Source: Eledone cirrhosa (lineage: Eukaryota). From it: a stretch of 64,000 bases of DNA. The notes beneath the pieces are model-generated. The model was not told the DNA's origin. It ran no database searches and saw only the letters and a list, made by a program, of their open reading frames with translations. The translations under genes were made by a program, and so were the position numbers. Positions 40,621 to 53,725 of this stretch are shown in pieces. Location: assembly GCA_964016885.1 (NCBI GenBank), contig OZ024740.1:152024001-152088000 (forward strand). Direction: 5' to 3'. The stretch's first letter is position 1. Each line of letters starts with the position of its first letter.

Positions 40621-42813
40621 TGTTATTATGTCACCTGTTATTTACCTGTCCTAATATTTCGGGTATAAGAACCCTTCGTCGGATGAGTATAATGAGAAAC
40701 TAGCTCGGAGTTCGTGCTTTCGTTGTTATAGGCTCGCGAGTTTCTTTCCTTTGTCTGCAAGCGGTGATATAGGAGATCACGTCGTTTGTTGACTCAAATG
40801 ATATGTATATAATGTTGTGTGCATGTTCTGTCAAATATTGTGTGCTTTTGTTTGTTTTTTATGTTTTTATGTCAAATATTTTTATGCAAATGCTGTGCCA
40901 AGCTAGAATAATTTTGAGAATTTAGCTACTCTGGCTTGAGTTGAATTCCATCTTGTATTTAAGCATCGTATTCCATCTAAATGCTATAACTGAGTTCTGT
41001 TTAATATATTTAAATTAAGTAGATCATAATTCCAGCTCCCGTAAAAGCTAATTCTTTGACAATATCAGTCATGAGGTTGTAGGACCTGTCTCCCTTCCGA
41101 CGGTGCGTTTTCCAATTGTTTTATCAACGGAATATCCTGTTCGAGAAAATAATGTACAGGTAGCAGAGAATATTACACACATGTGCACCCTTATCGTAGC
41201 TCTCAATATGATTCACCGTGACACAGTGTGTGTGACAAGATTGGATTTTTAAACTACAGATACAACTCATTTTTGCAAGCTCAATGAACTGAAATATCAT
41301 GAAATTAATTGTCTTGCTCAAGTACACAAAGAATTGACCGGAATTAAATTCACGAGCTTACGATCGTAAGCTGAACACAACCACTAGACCATTTAGGTTG
41401 CACGTCAGCGGACTGCTCAGCCATTTGCACATTAATTCCTCGAGCAGGCTGCCCTGTTGTTCTAACAACTGAAACACTCGTCATATGAACTGATGAAGTT
41501 CCTACAACCAACCAGCCAATAACCAGCTACCTAACCAACCAGCCAACCAACCATTATTAATCAGTTGCAGTAAAAGAGAGATCAGCACCATTGACATCTG
41601 CAAGTTCGCAGATTAATGAGATCAATGCATTTGTTATTCAGCTTGAATCTATTGATGCGTGCACAGAAAATGTGGGCAAGGGGTTAATTACAAAGAGTTA
41701 CAATTCTTGGCGGAAACAATTGATCAAAGTGTTGAATAGAGGGTTGTGAGAGTGAGACATAGCAGGTATGGCCAGAGAAGGTTAGGCAGATATATCGATT
41801 GGGTCTGAGAGAAGGGGATAGGATGCTACCTAGTTTAGAGAACAAGTAGTTGTAACGGGAGGCAGATGAAACAGCACCTGGGAATGATAGAGAGATGTTG
41901 CTGTAGTTGTTTAATCCCACGATTAATGATATTCTATTATCATATCGTATTTTTTATGTGCAAGGAAGTCAGAGTTACCCTATCTAAAAGTCATTTTAAG
42001 GTGCAATTAGAAGGTTATTCCGAACAGGCCAAGGGTATGAGAAGTGCCCCAGTATGGCTTTTAAATGAATATTTTTAGAGGCAGCCACACATCAGAGTTT
42101 GCGAGATGTGGCATTTAAGGTGTTTTTGAAAGTTTAAGAAAAACATTTTAAAAAGGATCACCAGATCGGATTGGCGAAACAATGTTTCCGTAGCTGAGAC
42201 ATCTGTAGGTCACATCTTCTAGCAGAAGGAACATGGAATAAAATATTTTGCTTAAGAACACAACACACCGCCAAGATCAGAAATCGAAATCATAACCCTA
42301 CGATCGTCAGTTCAACACACTACTAAGCTACGGCCCTTAACTAGTGAGAGAGTAATATATGTCATTTGAATGCAATAATATATAATTTATATATTGGTTT
42401 CATATAATTATTTTCTTCACACAATAGCAAATTTTCTCAAAGCAGCTGAACAAAGGCCGACTAACACAAAACATATCTATGTTTAATTCAGAAGGGAAAC
42501 GCGGAGTGCAAGTTATTATGTTAGAAACTTTCTTTAAGTATTATTTTCGTAAATAGATTATAATGAACTGGAGCTGGAGAATCGAAAACTGAATAACAAG
42601 TTCAACAAATACAGGAATTACTTCCGCTATGATATTCAATTATATATAATGCTCTCCAAGGATATTAACCTCAAATTATCAAAGAAAATTATATGCATAC
42701 TCACGACACACACACACAGATTTATATATATGCATATGCATATATGTGTGTATACATATATATACATGTATACATATATATGTGTGTATACATATATATA
42801 CATACATACATAA

Positions 42814-42872
<59 letters not shown>

Positions 42873-42999
42873 TCATCAAAAGATAAAAACAGAGGAAAGA
42901 ATCTATATGAGATAGCTGAAAAATTCAGTCGAGAATAAAGAAAAAATGGAAACGGAAAAAAAGAATAAAGGAGAAAACACCTATCGTTGCTTGTCCTCC

Positions 43000-44039
43000 A
43001 GCTTTATATAACAATCCAACATTTATCATTTTTGATAATTTTCGCGTGGCCCAACAACCATATAATGCTGCGAGAAAATTAGAAGCAGTGGTTTAGAGAA
43101 AAAAGGAAATGAAAGGGTCCTTAACTCCTGGGAAGCCGTCCTTACACATGTCCTTACCTTAATGTAGGTAGGAAATTCTTGGCATTCATAGACAAGCACT
43201 TCCCCATAGACAGACCTATCTTTAATAGACATGGGGTGAAATTCGGGTATTCCTGTGCTAAAAATATGAAAGCCTACATTACCACCAACCCCAAGAGCTT
43301 TCCCCACCCTGATGCTCTTGCAGAAGGCCAGGATCATACCCCACCCAACAACAGTGTCACACGCCCGCAGTTGTCTATGACGTAGAATTTACATCCAACC
43401 GACCGAATGACCAGTAGGAGGTCAAAATATATGTATATATATATGTCCAAAGGCCGGCTTAAAGAATGCTTCCTTAACCATCAGACGACCTTTAGACACG
43501 CTAAACTACTATCCAAGAGCTGGCAAATCACGTATGCTCACTCAACGTGAATTTTTCTGCATTCTATGGACATTTCTAACCAAAAACAGGCCATATGGAA
43601 ATGGAGCAATGTCCTGTAAGATGTGTACTGGTGAAAGAGTGACTATCCTGCAATGGTTACGTACTTGCCTTAACTAAAGAGCCGATTTCTTAACCTCTGT
43701 CCCCACGCTGGAAAGTATATAAGACGTAACTAGAAAAACCCAGGATAATCAGAAGTTTAACCCGAAATGAACTAACTCAAACAAAAATTGTCTCCCAAAA
43801 CACATTCTAATTTGAGTTGTCTTCCTTGTCACCAAACTACCGACATCTGTCGCGCAGAATCCAGTCAACTCATATATACTTCCGTTCTCACCGCAGCCAT
43901 AAACGGGTTGAAAATCTGTCCGGTGAAACGCACGTCCTCGAATATGGTTTGCTGAATTGTTTCGAGAGTAACTCTATACCGAACTCGTCTTTTGACCTGA
44001 GTGCTGTACTAACTACGGCTATAACCTCCCAGTTTCTAA

Positions 44040-44040
<1 letters not shown>
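43000..44040 (+). mobile_element. Decayed Penelope-like element, same type as 1745-3478
   Basis: IDKHFP...FNRHGVKFGYSC, NHQTTFRH and CKMCTGER, with a hammerhead-like motif at 43904-43940 in the 3' UTR. Confidence 0.75.
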
Positions 44041-44129
<89 letters not shown>

Positions 44130-44300
44130 GTATATATATGTATAATATATATATGTACATATGTATATATATATATAAATAAAATAATAGGAGGCTGGAC
44201 TGGGTGAACTGCACTACGTTGAGTACTCTCCACAATATTACACCAATATTGACCATACGGAATGACCAATTCTATCCAGTGGTGAACCAACAAACCTAAA

Positions 44301-45095
<795 letters not shown>

Positions 45096-45439
45096 TACAT
45101 ACATACATACATACATACATACATACATGGTGGCTGCCAACTCGTTTTCGAGTACGGCCACTACTTTACATCCATGTAGGATAACCCCTACCGAAGCGCT
45201 GAACGAGTGTGACTTTTTAGTCCAGCCAGCGACTTGAAACCTCTGGTACAAACACTACACCTGTGACAATTATTGACACATAGTGCTAGGCCCATGGTAG
45301 GACAATTATTGACACATAGTGCTGGGCCCATGTGAGGACAAGTGCAGAGAGATCTCCAGATATAAAGCAATGCCTGTGCCGTGAAGCTTTTATAGTGAGC
45401 AAAGGCACTGCACAAAACATACATACATACATACATACA

Positions 45440-45562
<123 letters not shown>

Positions 45563-45931
45563 TGTATGTATACGTACATACATATATGTATACAGACGTA
45601 CAGTAGCATGCATATATTTATATATATATATATATATATATACATACAGGTAAACATATATATATGTACGTATCAGTTTATATATATATATGCATGCTAC
45701 TGTACGTCTGCTACTGTACGTCTGCTACTGTACCTCTGCTACTGTACGTCTGTATATATATATATATGTATATATGCATGCTACTGTACGTCTGTATACA
45801 TATATGTATGTACGTATACATACATACTTACATTTAAGTAAGTGCCATACTAAGAGTGAGAAATGAAATTTCGTTTTCATTTTTTTCAACTTATCGTTTT
45901 CGGTATGCCTGACCGATTTAACTCACTCAAT

Positions 45932-45939
45932 ATGCAAAT
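45932..45939 (+). promoter_or_regulatory. Octamer ATGCAAAT in every array unit (first copy given)
   Basis: Exact octamer in all seven units and in the diverged relative (50756-50763). Function is inferred. Confidence 0.5.
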
Positions 45940-46012
45940 TAGGCTGCTCAGCCGTTAATTTTCATAAGGAAAGTATATACTTTCGAACGTTCAACTATCT
46001 GGCAAATGGGTA

Positions 46013-46057
46013 AACGGTGCTGACGATAGCTAACAAGCTTGAAACTAGTACATCGTT
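46013..46057 (+). ncRNA. Array hammerhead 1
   Basis: AACGGTG-CTGACGA-T.AGCT.AACA.AGCT.T-GAAA-CTAG-TA-CATCGTT, with predicted cleavage after 46050. Confidence 0.85.
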
Positions 46058-46214
46058 CCTGTGTCAGTGTTGAACAAAAAGGTGACGTGGTTGCCTTAAC
46101 ACCGTATGGCATAAATTCAGGCTGTTCAGTTTGTTGACAAACGAACAAAGCGGCAATCGTCCGCTAAACTAATGCGTGCATATATGTATGTGTACCTGTA
46201 TGTATATATATATG

Positions 46215-46259
<45 letters not shown>

Positions 46260-46496
46260 GCATGCTACTGTACGTCTGTATACATATATGTATGTACGTA
46301 TACATACATACTTACATTTAAGTAAGTGCCATACTAAGAGTGAGAAATGAAATTTCGTTTTCATTTTTTTCAACTTATCGTTTTCGGTATGCCTGACCGA
46401 TTTAATTCACTCAATATGCAAATTAGGCTGCTCAGCCGTTAATTTTTATAAGGAAAGTATATACTTTCGAACATTCAACGATCTGGCAGATGGGTA

Positions 46497-46541
46497 AACG
46501 GTGCTGACGATAGCTAACAAGCTTGAAACTAGTACATCGTT
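46497..46541 (+). ncRNA. Array hammerhead 2
   Basis: Same motif, CTGACGA at 46504-46510. Confidence 0.85.
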
Positions 46542-46702
46542 CCTGTGTCAGTGTTGAACAAAAAGGTGACGTGGTTGCCTTAACACCGTATGGCATAAAT
46601 TCAGGCTGTTCAGTTTGTTGACAAACGAACAAAGCGGCAATCGTCCGCTAAACTGATGCGTGCATATATGTATGTGTACCTGTATGTATATATATATGTA
46701 TG

Positions 46703-46735
<33 letters not shown>

Positions 46736-46976
46736 ATATGCATGCTACTGTACGTCTGTATACATATATGTATGTACGTATACATACATACTTACATTTA
46801 AGTAAGTGCCATACTAAGAGTGAGAAATGAAATTTCGTTTTCATTTTTTTCAACTTATCGTTTTCGGTATGCCTGACCGATTTAATTCACTCAATATGCA
46901 AATTAGGCTGCTCAGCCGTTAATTTTCATAAGGAAAGTATATACTTTCGAACATTCAACTATCTGGCAGATGGGTA

Positions 46977-47021
46977 AACGGTGCTGACGATAGCTAACAA
47001 GCTTGAAACCAGTACATCGTT
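46977..47021 (+). ncRNA. Array hammerhead 3 (stem III palindrome broken)
   Basis: CTGACGA at 46984-46990, with CCAG in place of CTAG. Confidence 0.75.
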
Positions 47022-47440
47022 CCTGTGTCAGTGTTGAACAAAAAGGTGACGTGGTTGCCTTAACACCGTATGGCATAAATTCAGGCTGTTCAGTTTGTTG
47101 ACAAACGAACAAAGCGGCAATCGTCCGCTAAACTGATGCGTGCATATGTGTACCTGTATGTATATATATATATGTATGTATATATATATATATATGTATA
47201 TATGCATGCTACTGTACGTCTGTATACATATATGTATGTACGTATACATACATACTTACATTTAAGTAAGTGCCATACTAAGAGTGAGAAATGAAATTTC
47301 GTTTTCATTTTTTTCAACTTATCGTTTTCGGTATGCCTGACCGATTTAACTCACTCAATATGCAAATTAGGCTGCTCAGCCGTTACTTTTCATAAGGAAA
47401 GTATATACTTTCGAACGTTCAACTATCTGACAGATGGGTA

Positions 47441-47485
47441 AACGGTGCTGATGATAGCTAACAAGCTTGAAACTAGTACATCGTT
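47441..47485 (+). ncRNA. Array hammerhead 4
   Basis: CTGATGA at 47448-47454. Confidence 0.85.
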
Positions 47486-47642
47486 CCTGCGTCAGTGTTG
47501 AACAAAAAGGTGACGTGGTTGCCTTAACACCGTATGGCATAAATTCAGGCTGTTCAGTTTGTTGACAAACGAACAAAGCGGCAATCGTCCGCTAAACTGA
47601 TGCGTGCATATATGTATGTGTACCTGTATGTATATATATATG

Positions 47643-47699
<57 letters not shown>

Positions 47700-47936
47700 G
47701 CATGCTACTGTACGTCTGTATACATATATGTATGTACGTATACATACATACTTACATTTAAGTAAGTGCCATACTAAGAGTGAGAAATGAAATTTCGTTT
47801 TCATTTTTTTCAACTTATCGTTTTCGGTATGCCTGACCGATTTAACTCACTCAATATGCAAATTAGGCTGCTCAGCCGTTAATTTTCATAAGGAAAGTAT
47901 ATACTTTCGAACGTTCAACTATCTGGCAGATGGGTA

Positions 47937-47981
47937 AACGGTGCTGATGATAGCTAAGAAGCTTGAAACTAGTACATCGTT
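47937..47981 (+). ncRNA. Array hammerhead 5
   Basis: CTGATGA at 47944-47950, loop II AAGA. Confidence 0.85.
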
Positions 47982-48404
47982 CCTGTGTCAGTGTTGAACA
48001 AAAAGGTGACGTGGTTGCCTTAACACCGTATGGCATAAATTCAGGCTGTTCAGTTTTTTGACAAACGAACAAAGCGGCAATCGTCCGCTAAACTGATGCG
48101 TGCATATGTGTACCTGTATGTATATATATATATGTATGTATATATATATATATATATATGTATATATGCATGCTACTGTACGTCTGTATACATATATGAA
48201 TGTACGTATACATACATACTTACATTTAAGTAAGTGCCATACTAAGAGTGAGAAATGAAATTTCGTTTTCATTTTTTTCAAGTTATCGATTTCGGTATGC
48301 CTGACCGATTTAACTCACTCAATATGCAAATTAGGCTGCTCAGCCGTTAATTTTCATAAGGAAAGTATATACTTTCGAACATTCAACGATCTGGCAGATG
48401 GGTA

Positions 48405-48449
48405 AACGGTGCTGACGATAGCTAACAAGCTTGAAACTAGTACATCGTT
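48405..48449 (+). ncRNA. Array hammerhead 6
   Basis: CTGACGA at 48412-48418. Confidence 0.85.
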
Positions 48450-48868
48450 CCTGTGTCAGTGTTGAACAAAAAGGTGACGTGGTTGCCTTAACACCGTATG
48501 GCATAAATTCAGGCTGTTCAGTTTGTTGACAAACGAACAAAGCGGCAATCGTCCGCTAAACTGATGCGTGCATATGTGTACCTGTATGTATATATATATA
48601 TGTATGTATATATATATATATATGTATATATGCATGCTACTGTACGTCTGTATACATATATGTATGTACGTATACATACATACTTACATTTAAGTAAGTG
48701 CCATACTAAGAGTGAGAAATGAAATTTCGTTTTCATTTTTTTCAACTTATCGTTTTCGGTATGCCTGACCGATTTAACTCACTCAATATGCAAATTAGGC
48801 TGCTCAGCCGTTAATTTTCATAAGGAAAGTATATACTTTCGAACGTTCAACTATCTGGCAGATGGGTA

Positions 48869-48913
48869 AACGGTGCTGATGATAGCTAACAAGCTTGAAA
48901 CTAGTACATCGTT
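48869..48913 (+). ncRNA. Array hammerhead 7
   Basis: CTGATGA at 48876-48882. Confidence 0.85.
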
Positions 48914-49217
48914 CCTGTGTCAGTGTTGAACAAAAAGGTGACGTGGTTGCCTTAACACCGTATGGCATAAATTCAGGCTGTTCAGTTTGTTGACAAACGA
49001 ACAAAGCGGCAATCGTCCGCTAAACTGATGCGTGCATATATGTATGTGTACCTGTATGTATATATATATGTATGTATATATATATATATATATATGTATA
49101 TATGCATGCTACTGTACGTCTGTATACATATATGTATGTACGTATACATACATACTTACATTTAAGTAAGTGCCATACTAAGAGTGAGAAATGAAATTTC
49201 GTTTTCATTTTTTTCAA

Positions 49218-49330
<113 letters not shown>

Positions 49331-49979
49331 GGCGTGCATGAGTGTATGTATATACACAATTTCTATAGATTTAGATGTACATAGATACATTCGCATATAT
49401 ATACAGATTTACACATAGTTATTTAAATCTAGGAATGAGCTTGAAGACATAGATGTAATCCTGTACATTCAATTATAGACAGAGTTATAATCGACAAATA
49501 CATAAAAGTTTAAGAGATTGTCATATAAGTACTCATATATTCTGGAAATAACTAAAGGGGTGTATAAATAAACGTGATGGATACAGTAGTATTAACAAAT
49601 TGGTTGGATGGCAAAGAGGTCAAAATCAATTCTCAACATAGATACTGGTCTAACAAACATGTAGAAAATTAAGTTAAAAGGATCAATCAATTCATACCTT
49701 GGTTTAGAACCCGGATGTTTATTCAAAGGTCCTTCGTTACATATTCTGATACTTTCTCAAGGACAAATTTGGCCCTCTGTGTCTCATACTCTTTTTCATT
49801 TTGTTGCAGTTACACCATATTATATATTTTCGGTTAAAAAACAACAAAAAACAAACAAACAATCAAAAATAAGCCAGTACCAAATTCGAAATAAAAGACT
49901 TTTTACAAAGAAATATATATCTTAATATAAAAACAGAGGTGAAACTAATCTGGTGCGTGTGATTATATTATATATATAT

Positions 49980-50172
49980 AGGAAAATGTATGACTCGACG
50001 GCAGAACTCAAGCCGTTTCGACGGCTATTTCTGGTCCAGAAATAGCCGTCGAAACGGCTTGAGCTCTGCCGTCGGGGTCATACTTTTTCCTATTTCCCAC
50101 TCTACTACCCTAAGTATTGAGTACTCTGGTGCGTTTTGGTCCATCTGGTTCCTTACCACAATTCCTTTGTTA
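49980..50172. repeat. Second copy of the hairpin-terminated repeat at 8417-8612
   Basis: Opposite orientation, with a different hairpin tip (CTGG.T.CCAG). Confidence 0.85.
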
Positions 50173-50199
50173 TTATATATATATGTGTGAGTGTGTATC

Positions 50200-50263
<64 letters not shown>

Positions 50264-50446
50264 TAACAGATTAAAGTTTAAGCAAAGAATCGCTGCTTTC
50301 ACCCTTAACGGGATCTTCTGAAACTTATATATTTGATATATATATTATCCTTATTAAACCCTTTTTGGATTTTAGTCTTCACATTTATTATTATTACTAT
50401 ATATATAATTCAGATAGACACCGACACAGACACAGACACACACACA

Positions 50447-50490
<44 letters not shown>

Positions 50491-50498
50491 CACACACA

Positions 50499-50579
<81 letters not shown>

Positions 50580-50709
50580 ACACACACAAACACAGAATTT
50601 CACTCATAATGTATTGGTAAAACTGGTGTAATAGTATGAAGACATTTGCTTAAGATACTATACAGCAGAACTGAACCCAGAAGCAAATGGATACAAAAAA
50701 AAAATGATG

Positions 50710-50960
50710 ATTCTTAATTTTCGGCTAAGCCAGCCGTAAAATCGCTCGGTACGGTATGCAAATGAGCTTAATCAGCCGCTGTATACTTTAGAGAAGTGTA
50801 TAGCAGAAGAGAGATAAATACACAATCTTCATAAAGGGCAATAATCCTGAATCAATTGTAGAATGTTTTTGTTTTCTCTCTGCTACCTATTGAACAAAAG
50901 GATGACGTTAGTCATCTTGAATACATGGTGATATGATGCTGTTTGCTTACAAACGAACCA
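50710..50960 (+). mobile_element. Diverged, dead monomer related to the hammerhead array
   Basis: Colinear TTTTCGG, TATGCAAAT, CAGCCG, TTGAACAAAA..TGACGT, GCTGTT and ACAAACGAAC motifs, with a degenerate core TTCATAA...GAAT-CAATTG-TA. Confidence 0.7.
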
Positions 50961-50989
50961 TATATTAATATTATTATTATTATTATTAT

Positions 50990-51325
50990 TGTTCTTTGAG
51001 TCTCAGTCATTGATGTTGGTTAACTGGAAAGTTTGTTGAAATGAATATCAAGCCACTACCTGCAGCCTCAGATATTCAGGACGTATCGGAGGGTTCTTGC
51101 TGTTCCCAGCAAGCATGCCTTTTGAAGTGTTCCAAAAAGCAGAGCGGGGCCAATTTTCTTTAACCATCCTTGGAAACTCTTTGAGATAGTACCTAGTGCG
51201 CCTATGACAATCGGGACCACTTTGACTTCATGGCAGTTCCAAATCCTTTTTACCTCCCACTTTAAGCCTGGTATCGGTTAATTTTCTCCCTCTCCTTCTC
51301 TTGCACTCTCGTGTCAAATGGGCAT
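50990..51325 (-). mobile_element. Dong/R4-like LINE 3' fragment beside (TAA)n
   Basis: CPFDTRV..KE.EKI.RY..LKWEVKRIW..VVPIVIGALG...LQKACLLGTARTLR, with (TAT)n at 50970-50990. Confidence 0.85.
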
Positions 51326-51512
51326 CGGTGGATTGGCAGTATCGTTAGAGGGTCGGACGCCATGCTTTCCAGCATAGTTACGTCCCTTTACGATCTGAGT
51401 TCAAATCCCGCCGAGGTTGACTTTGCCTTTCATCCTTACGGGGTCGATAAAATAAAGTACCAGTAATGCACTGGGTAATTGCTGACCTTGTGCCTAAAGT
51501 AGAAACAATTAT
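51326..51512 (+). mobile_element. Meta/MESC-like tRNA SINE
   Basis: Near-identical to 11824-12011. Confidence 0.88.
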
Positions 51513-51617
51513 TATTATTCACTCATGAATGCATTTACGTATCCGCCAAATATACTTATATATATATATATGTGTGTGTGTGTGTATGTGTGTGTGTGTG
51601 TGTATGTATATGTGTGT

Positions 51618-51687
<70 letters not shown>

Positions 51688-52269
51688 CAGAAAGGATATC
51701 TGTCTGTAATCCTAGCTTAATAATGACTTTGTTTAATTAATTAATGGTAATTATTTGTTCGCCGTTATCACGACGAATTAGAAGCTATGTCGTCTGCCCA
51801 GAGATAACGTTGATGAGTACGATAAATCTTCAGCCCTGCTTACTGTTGCTAATCAATGAAACACAATGTCTGGCTAACTATTTACCACGCATACGTAATC
51901 TATTAATGAAATCATTGATGGATGGAACTGCTGAGTAGCGTGCGAAGAATTTTGGTAACGAGAGCTTATGATTTATTTTTTATTCACCGATTTCTTTTAT
52001 TTATGTTTCCATTTATTTATATTTTTAATAGCTTTAAGCTTATCAGTGACTTTGTTCTTATCATACGCTCTCTTTTTACCCTTCCTCCCTCCTTCTTCTT
52101 TTACTCTCTCCCCCTTCTCTCTTTCGATCTATATGTATGTATTTATGTACGTATATATGCATGTATGCACATATGTGTATATATAAGGGTACGTACATGA
52201 GTGTATGTATGAATGAGTGTATATATATATTAGTGTGCGTGTGAGTGTGTATGCGTGCGAATGAATGCA

Positions 52270-52925
52270 AACTAAAGAAAAACTCATTTATATTAACGTA
52301 GGATCATGGCCATCCTCCCGCTTTCTATAATTTTAAAGAACCTTAATAATGATATCAGTAGAAATTCTAGTCTATTCTCCCATAACGAATTCTGTGATAA
52401 GTCTTATCACAGGCTCTTACTACAATAACACCTTCCTAACTATTAGATAGTAACATAAGATCACTCATTTCTCTACCTCCATCCAGCCTAAGGAAAAGTG
52501 CTGTTTTGTCATATGGGTCAGTTAAAGTTAAATCTAATATATATAAGCTTAATAGATAAAATATTCCCTGACAATCATAAATTTAGAAAGTGTTTAAACA
52601 AGCATAATGTGAAATTAAGCTACATTGTCGCTCAAAATTTAGGAAGAGGAAACATCTTTCAAGAGAAATGAAGCCATGTGCTCATAGAAAAGCATGAGCC
52701 CATGTCCACTAAATAAATCTAGCAAGTAGAAAATTTAAATTATGAAATTACTTTTATAAAATTAAACGTCAACGTGTTGTGTAATTGATAGATGGTGATA
52801 TATAGATGTGAGTGAAAAGAAGTTAGAGTGAAGGTTCCATACCCATATCCTCTTTTCAGTCATATCGCCTAAAATTAAACGACTACATTTGGTAACTTAA
52901 GGAAAACGCTTCCAACTGGAGGGTG
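52270..52925 (+). mobile_element. Decayed Penelope-like fragment
   Basis: IDKIFPDNHKFRKCLNKHNVKLSY aligns to the thumb/linker region of the 1745-3478 ORF. Confidence 0.7.
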
Positions 52926-53104
52926 GTTGAAAGATAACAGATTCTCGACATCATTCGGGATCTTTTTAGATATTACCAAAACAATCATCATCATCATCTT
53001 CTTCTTCTTCTTTTTTCTTCTTTTTCTTCTTCTCCTCCTCCTCCTCCTCCTCCTCCTCCTCCTCCTCCTTCTTCTTCTTATCCTCCTCCTCCTTCTTCTT
53101 CTTC

Positions 53105-53725
53105 TTCGCCCACCTATTCCTGGGAGGGTCGTGGGGTCAAAGTCCCCAAGTACTCCTTCCAGCGGGTCCTGTCAGAAGCATATGTCTCTAATTGATCCGG
53201 CTGGATCCCCAAGTGAGACTATGCAAACTCATGGACGTTATCCAACTATCTTACTCGGGATCTACTCCTAGGCCTTCTGCCGGCTGGTTTAACCCGTGGA
53301 ACCTGTCCATTGATTCTTACGTGAGATATTCTAACCACATATCCGTAGTGTCGGAGTTGTGGTTTCTCAATTCAGAGAAGTAGCGTCTCTACCTGGAGCG
53401 ACTCCCTGATCGCCTAGCTGCTCAGTCTATCGAGTAATGTTACTCCAAAGACCATTTGGAAGAACCCCATTTCGGCCGCTTGCATTCGCGATCGTGTCCT
53501 TTCGGTCATGACCTAAGATTCCTGACTATAGGTATGGTTTGGTATGAACACCGTATCGAAGGTAGTGAGTTTGGCTTTTACACCTATCTCCCTTCTTCTG
53601 TTGACCAAATTCTGAAGCTGGCGAATAACTGCACCAGCTCTTGCAATTCTTACACTTAATTCAGCCTTCATGAAGATTTCACAGCCCGGGCATCACTCCT
53701 TCATAGTCAGCGTTTGAACTTTTCA
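53105..53725 (-). mobile_element. RTE-clade LINE 3' fragment with (GAA/GGA)n tail
   Basis: Reverse-strand homologue of 40005-40620 (RMQAAEMGF, RPRSR...WI motifs). The CTT/CCT tract at 52998-53106 is its tail. Confidence 0.75.

Noticed and set aside
40648-40686. Minus-strand CCGACGA...GAAATATT motif
   Set aside because: It has a U4C core change and a broken stem I. It is likely a decayed pseudo-LTR hammerhead and was not called.
45948-46148. 66-aa minus-strand ORF repeated in each array unit
   Set aside because: It has a TTG start in a eukaryote and no recognisable domain. It is simply antisense to the ribozyme, and its recurrence reflects unit identity.
46148-46172. Helitron-type 3' end (AGCGG hairpin then CTAA/CTGA) in the array unit
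   Set aside because: The hairpin is too close to the CTRR, and the array ends do not coincide with it.
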